From the NCBI GenBank assembly GCA_976226885.1, contig OZ320315.1, positions 52,762,001 through 52,826,000 on the forward strand: DNA of 64,000 nucleotides, in the 5' to 3' direction. The notes under the pieces are model-generated. The model searched no databases, was not told the origin of the DNA, and worked only from the letters and a program-made list of their open reading frames with translations. Below, piece by piece: positions 23,121-34,263 of this stretch. The stretch is from Iphione sp. A-MEVVRFRX5. Its lineage: Eukaryota. The position numbers and the translations under genes are program-made. Position 1 is the first letter of the stretch, and each line of letters starts with the position of its first letter.

Positions 23121-24319
23121 TAGGCAGAGAGGAGGGAGGAGGAGGACTTTTTCCAGTGATATTCACTAGTTTTTATACTTTTTTTTCCAGTGATATTCAC
23201 CAGTTTTTATGTTTTTTTCCCAGTGACATTTGCCAGTTTTTATACTTTTTAGGTAGGTAACTGTTAGCTACAATGGCCACAGGGGTGTGCTTAGAGGTTG
23301 GGGACAGACCTCTGTGTCTGCCGGCCATGGGGGTGTGCTAAGAGGTTGGGGAAGGACCGGGTGTCGCTGGGCCATCTCTCCCACCTTTCCTCCTGCTCTG
23401 GCAGCACCTGTCACTCAAGTGGACCCCTGACTAAGGTTGTGTAACTGCCAAACTTGTCGGCTAAGGATCAAAGAGTAACACATCTCTCACTTTAACACAG
23501 GATTCCCCATAGACCTTAGAAGGGACACAAATCCTGACTTAAGGTTGTAATGCCCTGACATGCCATCCCAGGCATCAAAGGGGAGGCCCCTCCCCCTTTT
23601 AACACTGAGTTCCCCCTTGCAGTAATGGAGGTCACCCCTCCACTACTACCTACAGAGATATCGAGAAGGTGACCTCCATTGATCAATCATGTCTTTTATC
23701 AATGCTTAATATATGAATAGTATGTGCGATTCGGGCAATGTATTTACCAATGTAGTTTATCTGGACGATAAAACAAGAGCTTATATAACATTTTAAACGA
23801 AATACAATCAAATGCTGCAATCTGGACACACTTGAGTCCTGAACCAAATTTTTCTGGACCATGATCACACTTCGTTTGTGCTTGAACGATGCCACAAACA
23901 AATTAATCTTCTTGTTTCTCAAGGAGTATAAAATACATGATAGATAATGACACAGGGAGAAAGTAATGTATTATGCTGTCTGGTGGCTGCAATAAAATGA
24001 CCTTTAAAAACATATCCTTTGTATGGACAGTGACTGCTCGAAATGTCACCAGCTAGTATAACGGGTTTTCATGGAATAATTGGTTCTGAGCTCAAACTGT
24101 CCACTACCCGGTCACATTTGCTATGAGGTCTGTCTGGAAAGCGGCATTCTGCTGGATTATTACAACAAGATAGTGAACATAACAAAAGAGTTTTGGGAAG
24201 AAGGAGAATGGAAAGCTTATCTTAAGTAGTGTCCAGCTACAAGAAGCACAAATACATGCTGAAGAGTAGACATTTACAAGCAACACTACAGCAAACGTTG
24301 CATATGGAGGTCATATTCA

Positions 24320-24930
24320 CTCACATAGTGACTGTGAGTGAGAACATGAGTGAGAGCATGACTATCAGTGAAAACATGAAGAGTGCACAAGTATGAATGA
24401 CAGCATGAGTTTAAGTGGGAACATATAGCAGAGTATGTGTGTGAGAGTATGAGTATGAGTGAGACCATAACTAAGAATACGAGTGAGAATATAACTGCCA
24501 ATCAGAATGTGATAGAGACCATGACTATCAGTAAGAACATTAGTAAGAGTATGATTGAGACTATGAATATCAGTTAAAAACATGAAGAGAGCATGAAAAA
24601 AAATGAGTGAGAATATGAGTGAAAGCATGACTATCAGTAAGAACATGAGTGAGAGTATGAGTTAGGCCATGAGTGTCAGTGAGAACATGAAGAGAGCACA
24701 AATACGAATGAGAGTATGAATGTGAGTGAGAACATATAGCAGAGTATGCATATGAGAGTATGAGTATGAGTGAGAACATGACTAAGAATATGAGTGAGAA
24801 CAGGAGTCAGTGAAAACAGTGAGAGCATGAGTCAGTGAGAACACGAGTGAGAGTATGAGTGAGACCAGGAGTGTCAGTGAGAAGATGAAGAGAGTATGAG
24901 TATGAATGAGACCATGAGTGCAATAACACA
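24320..24930. repeat. Degenerate (TGAGAG/TGAGTA)-rich minisatellite
   Basis: Recurrent GAGTATGAGTGAGAACATG-like motifs. Confidence 0.85.
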
Positions 24931-25259
24931 GATATGATTGCACACAGAAGGACTGGACTTAACCCTAAATGCCACAGACCAAATGACACAGGTGAGAGAA
25001 CTGGGATTAGGTGACCCAGTCAAGAGGTGGGTAAAGAGAAAAAATGTGATAACTTGGAAACTATTGCACATAGAAGGATGGGACTTTAACCAAAATACTA
25101 TGGACCGAATGACACAGGTGATAAAGGCGACATAGGGTGACCCAGTCGAGAGCTGGGTAAAGAGAAAAACTATGATAACTTGGGAACTATTGCATATAGA
25201 AAGACATGATTTTAACCAAACTGCTATGGACCGAATGATGTAGGTGATCCTGGCAGCAT

Positions 25260-27452
25260 AGAAGAGCGCGGACAGCCGGGTACTTGGTGTTCACTCAAGC
25301 GGAACCACTGAAAACAGAGGTGTCAGACAGCACTACCACACCTACAGAGAGAGACAGAGAGACAGAGAGAGACACCTACACACACCAATACACACATCTA
25401 TACATACAATTAGACACATATCTATGGGCAACACAAAGACACCTACACACATCCATACACATATCTATACACACAACTACATACATGTCTATAGACACCT
25501 ACACCTACACACATCCATACACATTTCTACACACAACTACATACATGTCTATAGACACATACACCTACACACACCTATACACATTTCTATACACACAACT
25601 ACATACATCTCTATAGACACATACACCTACACACACCCATATATGCATCTATACACACAACTTCATATATGTCCATAGACACATAAATCTACACACATCC
25701 ATACACATTTCTATACACACAACTACATATACATGTATGTCTATAGACACCAACACCTACACACATCCATACACATCTATACACACAACTACACACATAT
25801 ATATAGACACATGCACCTACAAATGGCAATACACACATCCATACACACAACTACATACATGTCTATAGATACATGCACCTACACACATCCATACAAATAT
25901 CTATATTGAACACCAAGACACATGCACCTGCACATATCCATACACATCTATGCACAGAGCTACACACACATATGTATAGTCAGATGCACCTACATACACT
26001 ACTCAAAACACATACATACACTACATACATTTTTATAGACACCTACACACATCCATACACATATACACACAACTACATACATGTCTAGAGACACCTACAC
26101 CTACACACATCCATACACATATCTACACACACAACTACATACATGTCTATAGACACATACACCTACACACACCTATAGATACACATTTCTATACACACAA
26201 CTACATACATGTCTATAGACACATACACCTACACACACCCATAGACACATCTACACACACAACTACATACATGTCTAGAGATACCTACACATATCCATAC
26301 ACACAACAACACATATCTATACACACCTACACCTACACACACCAATACACACATCTATACACACAACTACATAAATGTCTATAGACACATACACCTACAC
26401 ACTCCCATACACACAACTACACACATATATAGGCAGATAAACCTACAAAGACACATACACATTTCTATATACACAACTAGATCTACATCTGTAGACACCT
26501 TCACCTACACACATCCATATATTCATCTATGCACACAACTACACCTAAATCTATAGACACATACACCTACACACACCAATACACATATCTATACACACAA
26601 CTACATACACATCTGTAGACACCTTTACCTACACACATTCATACATTCATATATACACACAACTACACATATATCTATAGACACATACACCTACACACAC
26701 CAATACACATATCTATACACACAACTACATACACATCTGTAGACACCTTTACCTACACACATTCATACATTCATATATACACACAACTACACATATATCT
26801 ATAGACACATACACCTACACACACCAATACACATACCTATACACACAACTAGATATACATCTGTAGACACCTTCACCTGCATGCATCCATACATTCATCT
26901 ATACACACAACTACATCTTTATCTATAGACACATACACCTACACACACCAATACACATACCTATACACACAACTACATACACATCTGTAGACACCTTTAC
27001 CTACACACATCCATACATTCATCTATACACACAACTACACATATATCTATAGACACATACACCTACACACACCAATACACATACCTATACACACAACTAG
27101 ATATACATCTGTAGACACCTTCACCTGCATGCATCCATACATTCATCTATACACACAACTACATCTTTATCTATAGACACATACACCTACACACACCAAT
27201 ACACATACCTATACACACAACTACATACACATCTGTAGACACCTTTACCTACACACATCCATACATTCATCTATACACACAACTACACCTATATCTATAG
27301 ACACATACACCTATACACACCAATACACACATCTATACACACAACTATACACATAACTATAGATATGTATGTGAACAAGTAGGTACGGCTGTGAGGGTTT
27401 TCAGTGGTTCCGCTTGACTGCCCAGGGTTGTGACGTAGCTCCGCGCTCTTCT
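25260..27452. mobile_element. Non-autonomous DNA-transposon-like element with bipartite inverted ends and AT target duplication
   Basis: AGAAGAGCGCGGA (25260-25272) and TCCGCGCTCTTCT (27440-27452) are perfectly inverted. A second perfect 21-bp pair lies at 25295-25315 and 27397-27417. AT flanks both sides (25258-59, 27453-54). Removing the element restores CATAGGGT as in the neighbouring repeat unit. Confidence 0.85.
25340..27360. repeat. CA/TA-rich ~62-bp minisatellite with 124-bp and 248-bp higher-order periodicity
   Basis: ACACCAAT marker at 26573, 26697, 26821, 26945, 27069, 27193 and 27317 (exact 124 spacing). Variant CTGCATGCATCC recurs 248 bp apart. Confidence 0.93.
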
Positions 27453-29719
27453 ATAGGGTTGACAGGCGGGTAAAGAGAAAAATTGTGATAACATGGGAAG
27501 TATTGCACATAGAAGGACAGGACTTGAACCAAAATACTTCTAGGGAGGCCCAGGCTGCTCTACCCTGGTTTTCACACTATTTTAGGGTAAATAGAAAAAC
27601 TTTTATATGTTGAAAACTACTGCACATAGAATGATGGGACTTAAACCAAAATGCTTCTGGGGAGGCCCTGGCTGCTCTTCAGTGCTTCTCACACTAATTT
27701 GAGGTAATATAGAAAAACTGCTATAACTTGAGAGCTATTCCACATAGAAGAACGGGACTTGAACCAAAATACTTCTAGGGAGACGTTGACGTTTCCATCT
27801 GGTTCCCTCCCACTACCAGCTGCCTGCTGGCTCTGGCCCCTTCCTCCTTGGCCGGTTATGGTCAGAGCAGCATTCTTGACGCTCCCACCCAGTTCCCTCG
27901 CGCTCTAACCCCCTCCCCCTTGGCCGGTCGCAGTCGGAGCAGCGTAGTTGACACTCCCACCCAGTTCCCTCCCGCTCTAACCCCCTCCGCCTCGGGTGCT
28001 AGCAGCCAGGCCACAACCTGGTAGCTGCCTGCTGGCTCTGGTGCTCCATCCCTGGCCAGTGGTTGGAGCAACGTGATTGACCCTCCCACCCTGTTCCCTC
28101 CAGCCCCCTCTGACTCAACTTCAAAGAAAACAGATTTTCAGTTCCGACACTGAAACTTCCATAGACTGCCAAGAGAAGCACAACTGGGACCACAACCACC
28201 ATGCCGGCTCAAGGATCACAGGATAAGCCCTCCCCATTCCACTGGTTATCCCATCTGCATATAATGGAGGTCATCCTATCTGCTGATCACCGAACACTTA
28301 GAAACACAGATATGACCTCCATTGATTTAAGGGTTTCGAAAATGACAGGCAGCACTCACCTAAAAATACTATAAGCATTCTGAAAAAAAAAAAAAAAACT
28401 GAAAATTTTTTTTTGCTAAAAGGCAGCATTTGTTCAAAGCAAGGACGATTCATCGACAAGTTTATTTGAACCTACCCTTCAAACAACATTGAAGTGGGTG
28501 GTCACAATCTATGAAAGACGAGTGTATACTAATCCCCTTTGATTCTCCATTAAGTATATCTCACGTTGCAGTCAACTCAGACATATAGTCAATGGGTGTT
28601 TCTGCTTGATTCTGCTTGGAACGGACCATTCCCCTCCATAACCTAATACATGTATACGAAAAGATCAGGAACACGGTCAGCTTAACAGTAAGATCACCTT
28701 ACCCTGTGATCACCATATATTGAGTACCGAAGCAACAATATCACAATCGACAATGTGGTCAAACAGCCAATTTAGAGCAAAATCACTGTACCAACACACT
28801 ATAGAGCACCGGGCAACAGTGCCTCAACGACTTCAGTCAGCCAAACTTTGTACATGATGCCCATAAAGCAAGCTGTGTCCCCAGAAAACACAGGTCAGAG
28901 GGTACATGAGTGGCTGGCATTTGAAAATACTCAGCCAGATGGTTGACAGGCTGTCCCTCTGAGCACTGGGTGACCACATTGTCGAAGTCCCACTGTACAT
29001 GGACAAGGTGGCTAATGTGGGAACAGTGGTACCTACAGCTTGTACACAAATAAACAAAAAACACATAGATGTGAATATGACTAGGGCAATAACAATTATG
29101 TACATGTATATACGTATAGGTATGGGCATGTATTTATGTACATGTGCACGCGTTAGTAGCAAGCCAACATAGATCATGACGTCAGCACCTCAGTCATTAC
29201 GGTCCACTAACTTGTCACAATGTCATACTTTTAAAATCACTATGCCATCCTGGTAATTTACGAGTCGTGTTCTACATTTGTTAACGCCTTTAGCTTTGAT
29301 TTACATCTAGATCGATACACACAGTTCATTAACGCACTACAGTAGTCGTCAAATGCCATCACACACTGCGGGTGTGTACTCAATCTGGTGGACATCAGTA
29401 CATCAGATATGTCTATCGAAAGAGAAGATCTAATATCATTGTTGAACTGAGAATTATGCATGAGGATATATATCCACTAACACCAACGTTGTTTAATTAT
29501 ATGGGAAGAGCAATTGAGTCTCTTTCACAGACCACCAGTTCGATGCCTATTATGTTTTACAGCAAAGTATATTTTGACGGGCAGTTTAATAAATGCATAC
29601 TAACTGGTTAAGTATACTACAATCCTACCTGCCTTTCATGGTATCGGATCACGTAACAATGCTTCAGTTATTAACTGGTGTACTTCTAATGCCTAGTTTG
29701 TGATTGGATAGGCTGTGAG

Positions 29720-31950
29720 GCTCTCTAGCCTTCTCCCTTTTTACATACTAGTAGAAGGTCTAGCTTTAAGCTGTATAGTGGATGTCTCCCAACGCAACCC
29801 CCTCCTACCGCCGCTTGACGCCCTGCGAAATCTCCAACATCCACCGGACACCCCCTCTACCTTCTATAGCCCCCTCCCTCCCACACAGTCACCTGATCCA
29901 CTCCAGCAGCTCCGTTTGTCCGTTGCTGTTCTGCAGCTCACCTGGGACCTCATCCTCCTTCCTCTGCAAGGGTTTGAAGATGGAGGTTTTGAAACTATAA
30001 GGCGGTTTCCTATTGGTGGCACTGCTGCAAGTTCTACTGGTACCACAGGGTGGCAGGTGGAGGTTTCAATGTAGGCATAGGTATGGATGCCCCTGAGAGC
30101 TGTGATGGCTACAGAAAGTGATCTGTGTAGTGTGTGCTTTTCCTTCTAGATGATCTCGCTAACCAGGTTCACTGTGAGCACCTGTCCTCTGGTGTGCAAT
30201 AGGTACATGTTGGTCTCAAGTCTTAGGGCATCTGTGTTGGTCAATGGAGGGAGTCAGAGGATAGTCCTGCATGCTCTGTTTTAAAGGACTTCCAGTTTGT
30301 TCTTTGCAATCTTGCATAGTCCAATGAGTGCTGGGCTACTATATTTGAGGATTGGTTCGATGGCTTCTAAGTAAATTGTTCTTTGGACCTTGCTACTTGC
30401 TCTTCCTTCTGTGGAGGTGATTACTCTAAGAGCATTAAGGCAGGCACTTGTTTTCTTTGCTGTATATTTTATGCATTCCAGGAAGGCCAATCATCACTCA
30501 AGTATCACTCTGTGGTACTTGAGCCTCTGGACCCATTTCATACCCTGTCCATTGAGCTGCAGGATACAGTTAAGGGCAGCTTGGGAGAAAAGCATGGCCT
30601 TCATCTTTCCAGTAGACATCTTGTCTTTAGTCCTAGGGATTTCGTGTTCTCTTCTAGACATTTTAGAGCCTGCTGGAGTGCTGGTTTTGGTTTCTTGCCT
30701 GTGTAGAGGAGTGCCTGGTTGTCTGCAAAGGCCATGATCCTGGTTTATGGAGGCATCCGTTTCCTTGATCTGTTCAATCAGAAAGTTGAAAAAGGTAGCG
30801 TTGGGACACTGCATTGCAGAATTCGGTTCTTGAAGACTTGGTGTTCCGATTGTGTATTCTGGAAGGTTACTCTTCCCTTACAGTCCTTGAGGAAATCATA
30901 ACCCAGGCTAAGAAACTTCCACTGATGGTTTTGGTGGCTATGACATGGTGAATGGCACCTTCCCTTGTATCTAGAGTGACCTTAACCTGGCCCGTTGCAT
31001 ACAGACCACCAGGAGCAGACAGCATGAATTGTGACAGTTTGGCCAATTTATGGCCGGGGCTTTAGTGGTTATCCAGCCCAATTCTGTTGTGTAGCAGCGC
31101 ATGACAAGTACCAAGATGCTAGTCACTCATCCCCTCTTGCCAGGGTTACAGTGGGCTGGAATTTCACCAGTGTGCTGCAGAAGGCATCTTCTGAACAAGT
31201 CAGTGTAAAGACCGAGGTCCAGGGTAGTGGTCACTCAAGTCGTCTCCGACAAGCATGTCTGGCATTGATCTAAACAGGGAGCCACAAAACAGTGAGTCCT
31301 CTGGGCCCCCCGAGCTATATTTAACATCAGGCTGAGGGAAAACAACGATGGGCAATCTCCGATGTGGCTGTGGCAGACATGACGATGATTGACAGGTGCC
31401 AGAGGATTGTGTGAGTGGGTGCGCAACTAGCCGTGATGGGTTCACTCGGTACCACGTCACTCGCCCCCCAGTCCAGGGTTACAGTGGTTGGGCCAACCAC
31501 CGGCGTCTGGAAGCATGAAAGTTGCTTCAACCTGTAAGGGAGACACCACAGAGAAGTCTTCTGAGTGTACTGTCAAATGAAATGTGTACCTTTGTGCATG
31601 CTTCTCTCCCACCACAAACCAGTGTTACAGTGGGTGGGGTGGTACCCACCGGAGAGACAGTACTGTGTGTGCAGCCAGAAGTGACAAGTTTGTATACTTA
31701 CAAGCATATCACTCATTCCCACAGTACCAGGGTTACAGCGGTTGGGCTGACCACCAGTGTCTGGACTACACTGTGCACAACATAAATGTCCTACAGTAAG
31801 GGGTCCGACACCTTTTCTGTGGACTGGCACCACTCAGTTTGGGTTACAGGCTGGTCAGAACCATCGGCCCTGCTTATACATTGGCACAAAGAAGAAAAGG
31901 GTCCCACTCACTTCCCCTTCAATTCGCCGGTATTGCCTCAGTATTGGTCC
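29720..31950 (-). mobile_element. Highly decayed I/Jockey-group LINE (RT C-terminal half recognisable; outer boundaries approximate)
   Basis: Broken frames: GTP...TFFNFLI; KMKAMLFS...LQLNGQGMKWVQRLKYHRVILE; LAFLECIKYTAKKTSACLNALRV...RTIYLEAIEPILKYSSP...KLEVL. These follow the pattern of a LINE RT thumb region. Confidence 0.6.
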
Positions 31951-32229
31951 AGTGTTTTACTCAGGCCAGGGTCTATAAATACAGCACAGTTACTATGATT
32001 GTTGTCAGTTACTTGTTAACCTTCATGAAATAAACATCATAAACATCAAAACTGGATTTACTTGTGGACCTTATTTATTCATCAATGCTTTGATGGAGTA
32101 CAAGTAACACTATAAAAAGGAAGATGTCCTGTGATAAAGATCATGTCCCTGAGCTCCATACACTAGTTGTAATCCATTCACCTATTATGTTAACAGTATC
32201 AAATAAGTTTATATATGAGTGTAAGAGAG

Positions 32230-32450
32230 CTAGAAACATGGCTTAACGGTCTAGAGTAGGATTTATTCAGGCTATTACACAATACATGTACCAGCTTTTG
32301 AGGTGGTCAAGCCTCTTCACCAGGTATGAGCGAAATGGCTGATGAACAGTTCGGGTGGAGGCTTTATATAGGGTTGAGCCCAGATATCATAACAGATCAG
32401 CCGACAAAAACTGGTTAACATGCAAATAACAGCAGTAAATGCAAAATTAA
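32230..32450 (-). mobile_element. Penelope-like element 3'/pLTR remnant with degenerate hammerhead core
   Basis: Minus strand: CCTATATAAA ... CTGGTGA A GAGG cttgacca CCTC AAAA GCT ... AATAAA (core 32323-32293; AATAAA at 32267-32262). Confidence 0.5.
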
Positions 32451-33957
32451 TCAGTGATTGGTTAAAAGTGAATCATATTTAATCATGCAAACATTATGTG
32501 TATATATTGATAAAATTTTGAAAAAAAATCACAGGCGTTCAAAGAGTCATGTTTGTTGCCATGACTCCCCTTTGGGAGTAAAAAGTCTGGAGAAAACTCT
32601 ATGTAGGCCCAATAGTCCCATCAGTTGGCCACCAGGTAAAGGTTAATAGTCAATCACTTTTTAAAAACTTTCACAATAGGGAAACCTCAATAATAATAAA
32701 AATACGTCACAGATAGAACATCAACATCTAGAACAACTTCACTACATAATCTGGGGGAGGACACTGGGCCTGCAAATAATGATATATGAGCATACACAGC
32801 ACATCCTCAAACATACTGTCACTGATATATTTTATGGTTAGCAACAACCTATCCATTATTTCTGGTGTAAGATTATGTGATAGATAGCCCTGTTGGTCCA
32901 GCCATTGCAGAACTATGTGACAATTATGGTACTTGTGAAGTAAGCCAGCAATCTATTGAGTTCAGAGTGTGAGGTTTGTCCAAGGCTACCTGAGTAGCCG
33001 CAGGTGATATTGGCGTATCTGCTGGCACAAATTTATCTGTAGTCACCACTGGATCAGAGTTGGTAGAGTGGGTCATAACAGTTCTCACAGGGATATCACA
33101 TGTCTGTTGGGAACACGACGTGATGGGTGCATCGTTGGTGGTTGGTTTCCCTATCAGAATATTCGTCAGCAGATTCAGTGGTTCATCTGTTGTTGCCACA
33201 TTGTCACGGCTGGTATATAAGTTTATGATCCTAATATTTCCTGAGTTACTAGAAATTGAACTCTCCATACCTATCTGTCCCGATTCACCATTTTAACTTC
33301 AGAACTCTCAAAATATGGAGTAAAATTATGGGATATGAGACGAGTAGTCAATGCAGTTTATACCCACTCTTATCCACCTTTCCTTTCACCTATCCTAATG
33401 CGCCTGCATGCTAAGCTGTCCGTCTCTCCCTCCATGCCCCAAAATATAGGACTTGCAAACATAGTAACAGAGATGAAAGTGCTTGTGAGTATTTTTACTG
33501 TTTATTTATAAATAAGTTTCCTCCTTTTTGAATGGGAGGAGCTAGATAGACAGGGCAGGTAGACTACATGCATTTAGACCGGGTAGTCAGACAGCCAGTC
33601 ATCCCCCTTTCTGTCACGCAACACCTGTGGCAGGCTAACATCCAAGTCAATTTGTTTTAGCCAAGCACTACAAACGGGGGAATACAATGCTGGGCCTCTC
33701 TCCTGTCCCTATGATTTTGTCAGTTGCCTTACGCTATATCTGCAATGTGGAATTTTATACGAAAGGGCGACTTCGTTATCCAGATAATCGAGCGATAATA
33801 CACGATCATTTCCACCTGTCAAAGTGTTTGACACCCATGTACGCAAACTTTTCAATTTAATTGTCAGATTCCTCTGCAATTCTTCGTAATATTTCTTACA
33901 TAATAGGATGAATACTTGACATAACAAGTTATAGAGAAAGAAACGCAATTCTTTTAC

Positions 33958-33973
33958 CTTCTGCACTTGCCAT
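33958..33973 (-). CDS. ZNRD2: Candidate first coding exon of SSSCA1/ZNRD2 (ATG GCA AGT GCA GAA G; alternative in-frame ATG at 33979)
   Basis: Phase-1 donor GTAAAA at 33957 matches the phase needed by exon 2 (G+AT = Asp, giving MASAEDDYEW). The CDS totals 807 nt (268 aa), similar to the short N-terminus of known SSSCA1 proteins. The ATG sits in AAAATGGC. Confidence 0.6.
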
Positions 33974-33979
33974 TTTCAT

Positions 33980-34263
33980 CACTCGTCTCCCACCGTGGTT
34001 CTGGTCATAACAGGTCTCGCAATGTAACATTACCGAGTAAAATAAATAAATCTATTCAAAAATCGATCTTGTACATATTTAATTCCAACTAATGTCGAAA
34101 AATATTGGTGTAATTCTTTGCATGCAAAAATGTCCTCAGTTATAAGATATCTGTTAACTTCAAATTTTATTTTATCGAATTATTGACATCCGGCGGCAGA
34201 AACTTAAACCTTGTGGAAGCGCCAAAGTGATTTCGGTGATAAATCGTTGAAGAAATATCGAAT
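33980..34263. promoter_or_regulatory. Putative bidirectional promoter between SSSCA1 and NUP107
   Basis: Inferred from two divergent first exons whose ATGs are ~290 bp apart. A YY1-like GCCATTTT overlaps the SSSCA1 ATG, and there is a CpG-containing patch CATCCGGCGGC near 34190. Confidence 0.5.

Larger units (their letters stand above)
24940..27790. repeat. ~120-126-bp tandem repeat (AAAAACTATGATAACTTGGGAACTATTGCACATAGAAGGA...AACCAAAATACT), interrupted by the 25260-27452 insertion
   Basis: Units near 25035, 25161, 27475, 27593 and 27712. Confidence 0.8.

Noticed and set aside
22920-23200. Poly-Arg and poly-Leu ORFs
   Set aside because: Translations of the (GGA)n microsatellite.
28833-29177. 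Minus-strand ORFs as a nested gene exon in the SSSCA1 intron
   Set aside because: No recognisable homology and no consistent partner exons.
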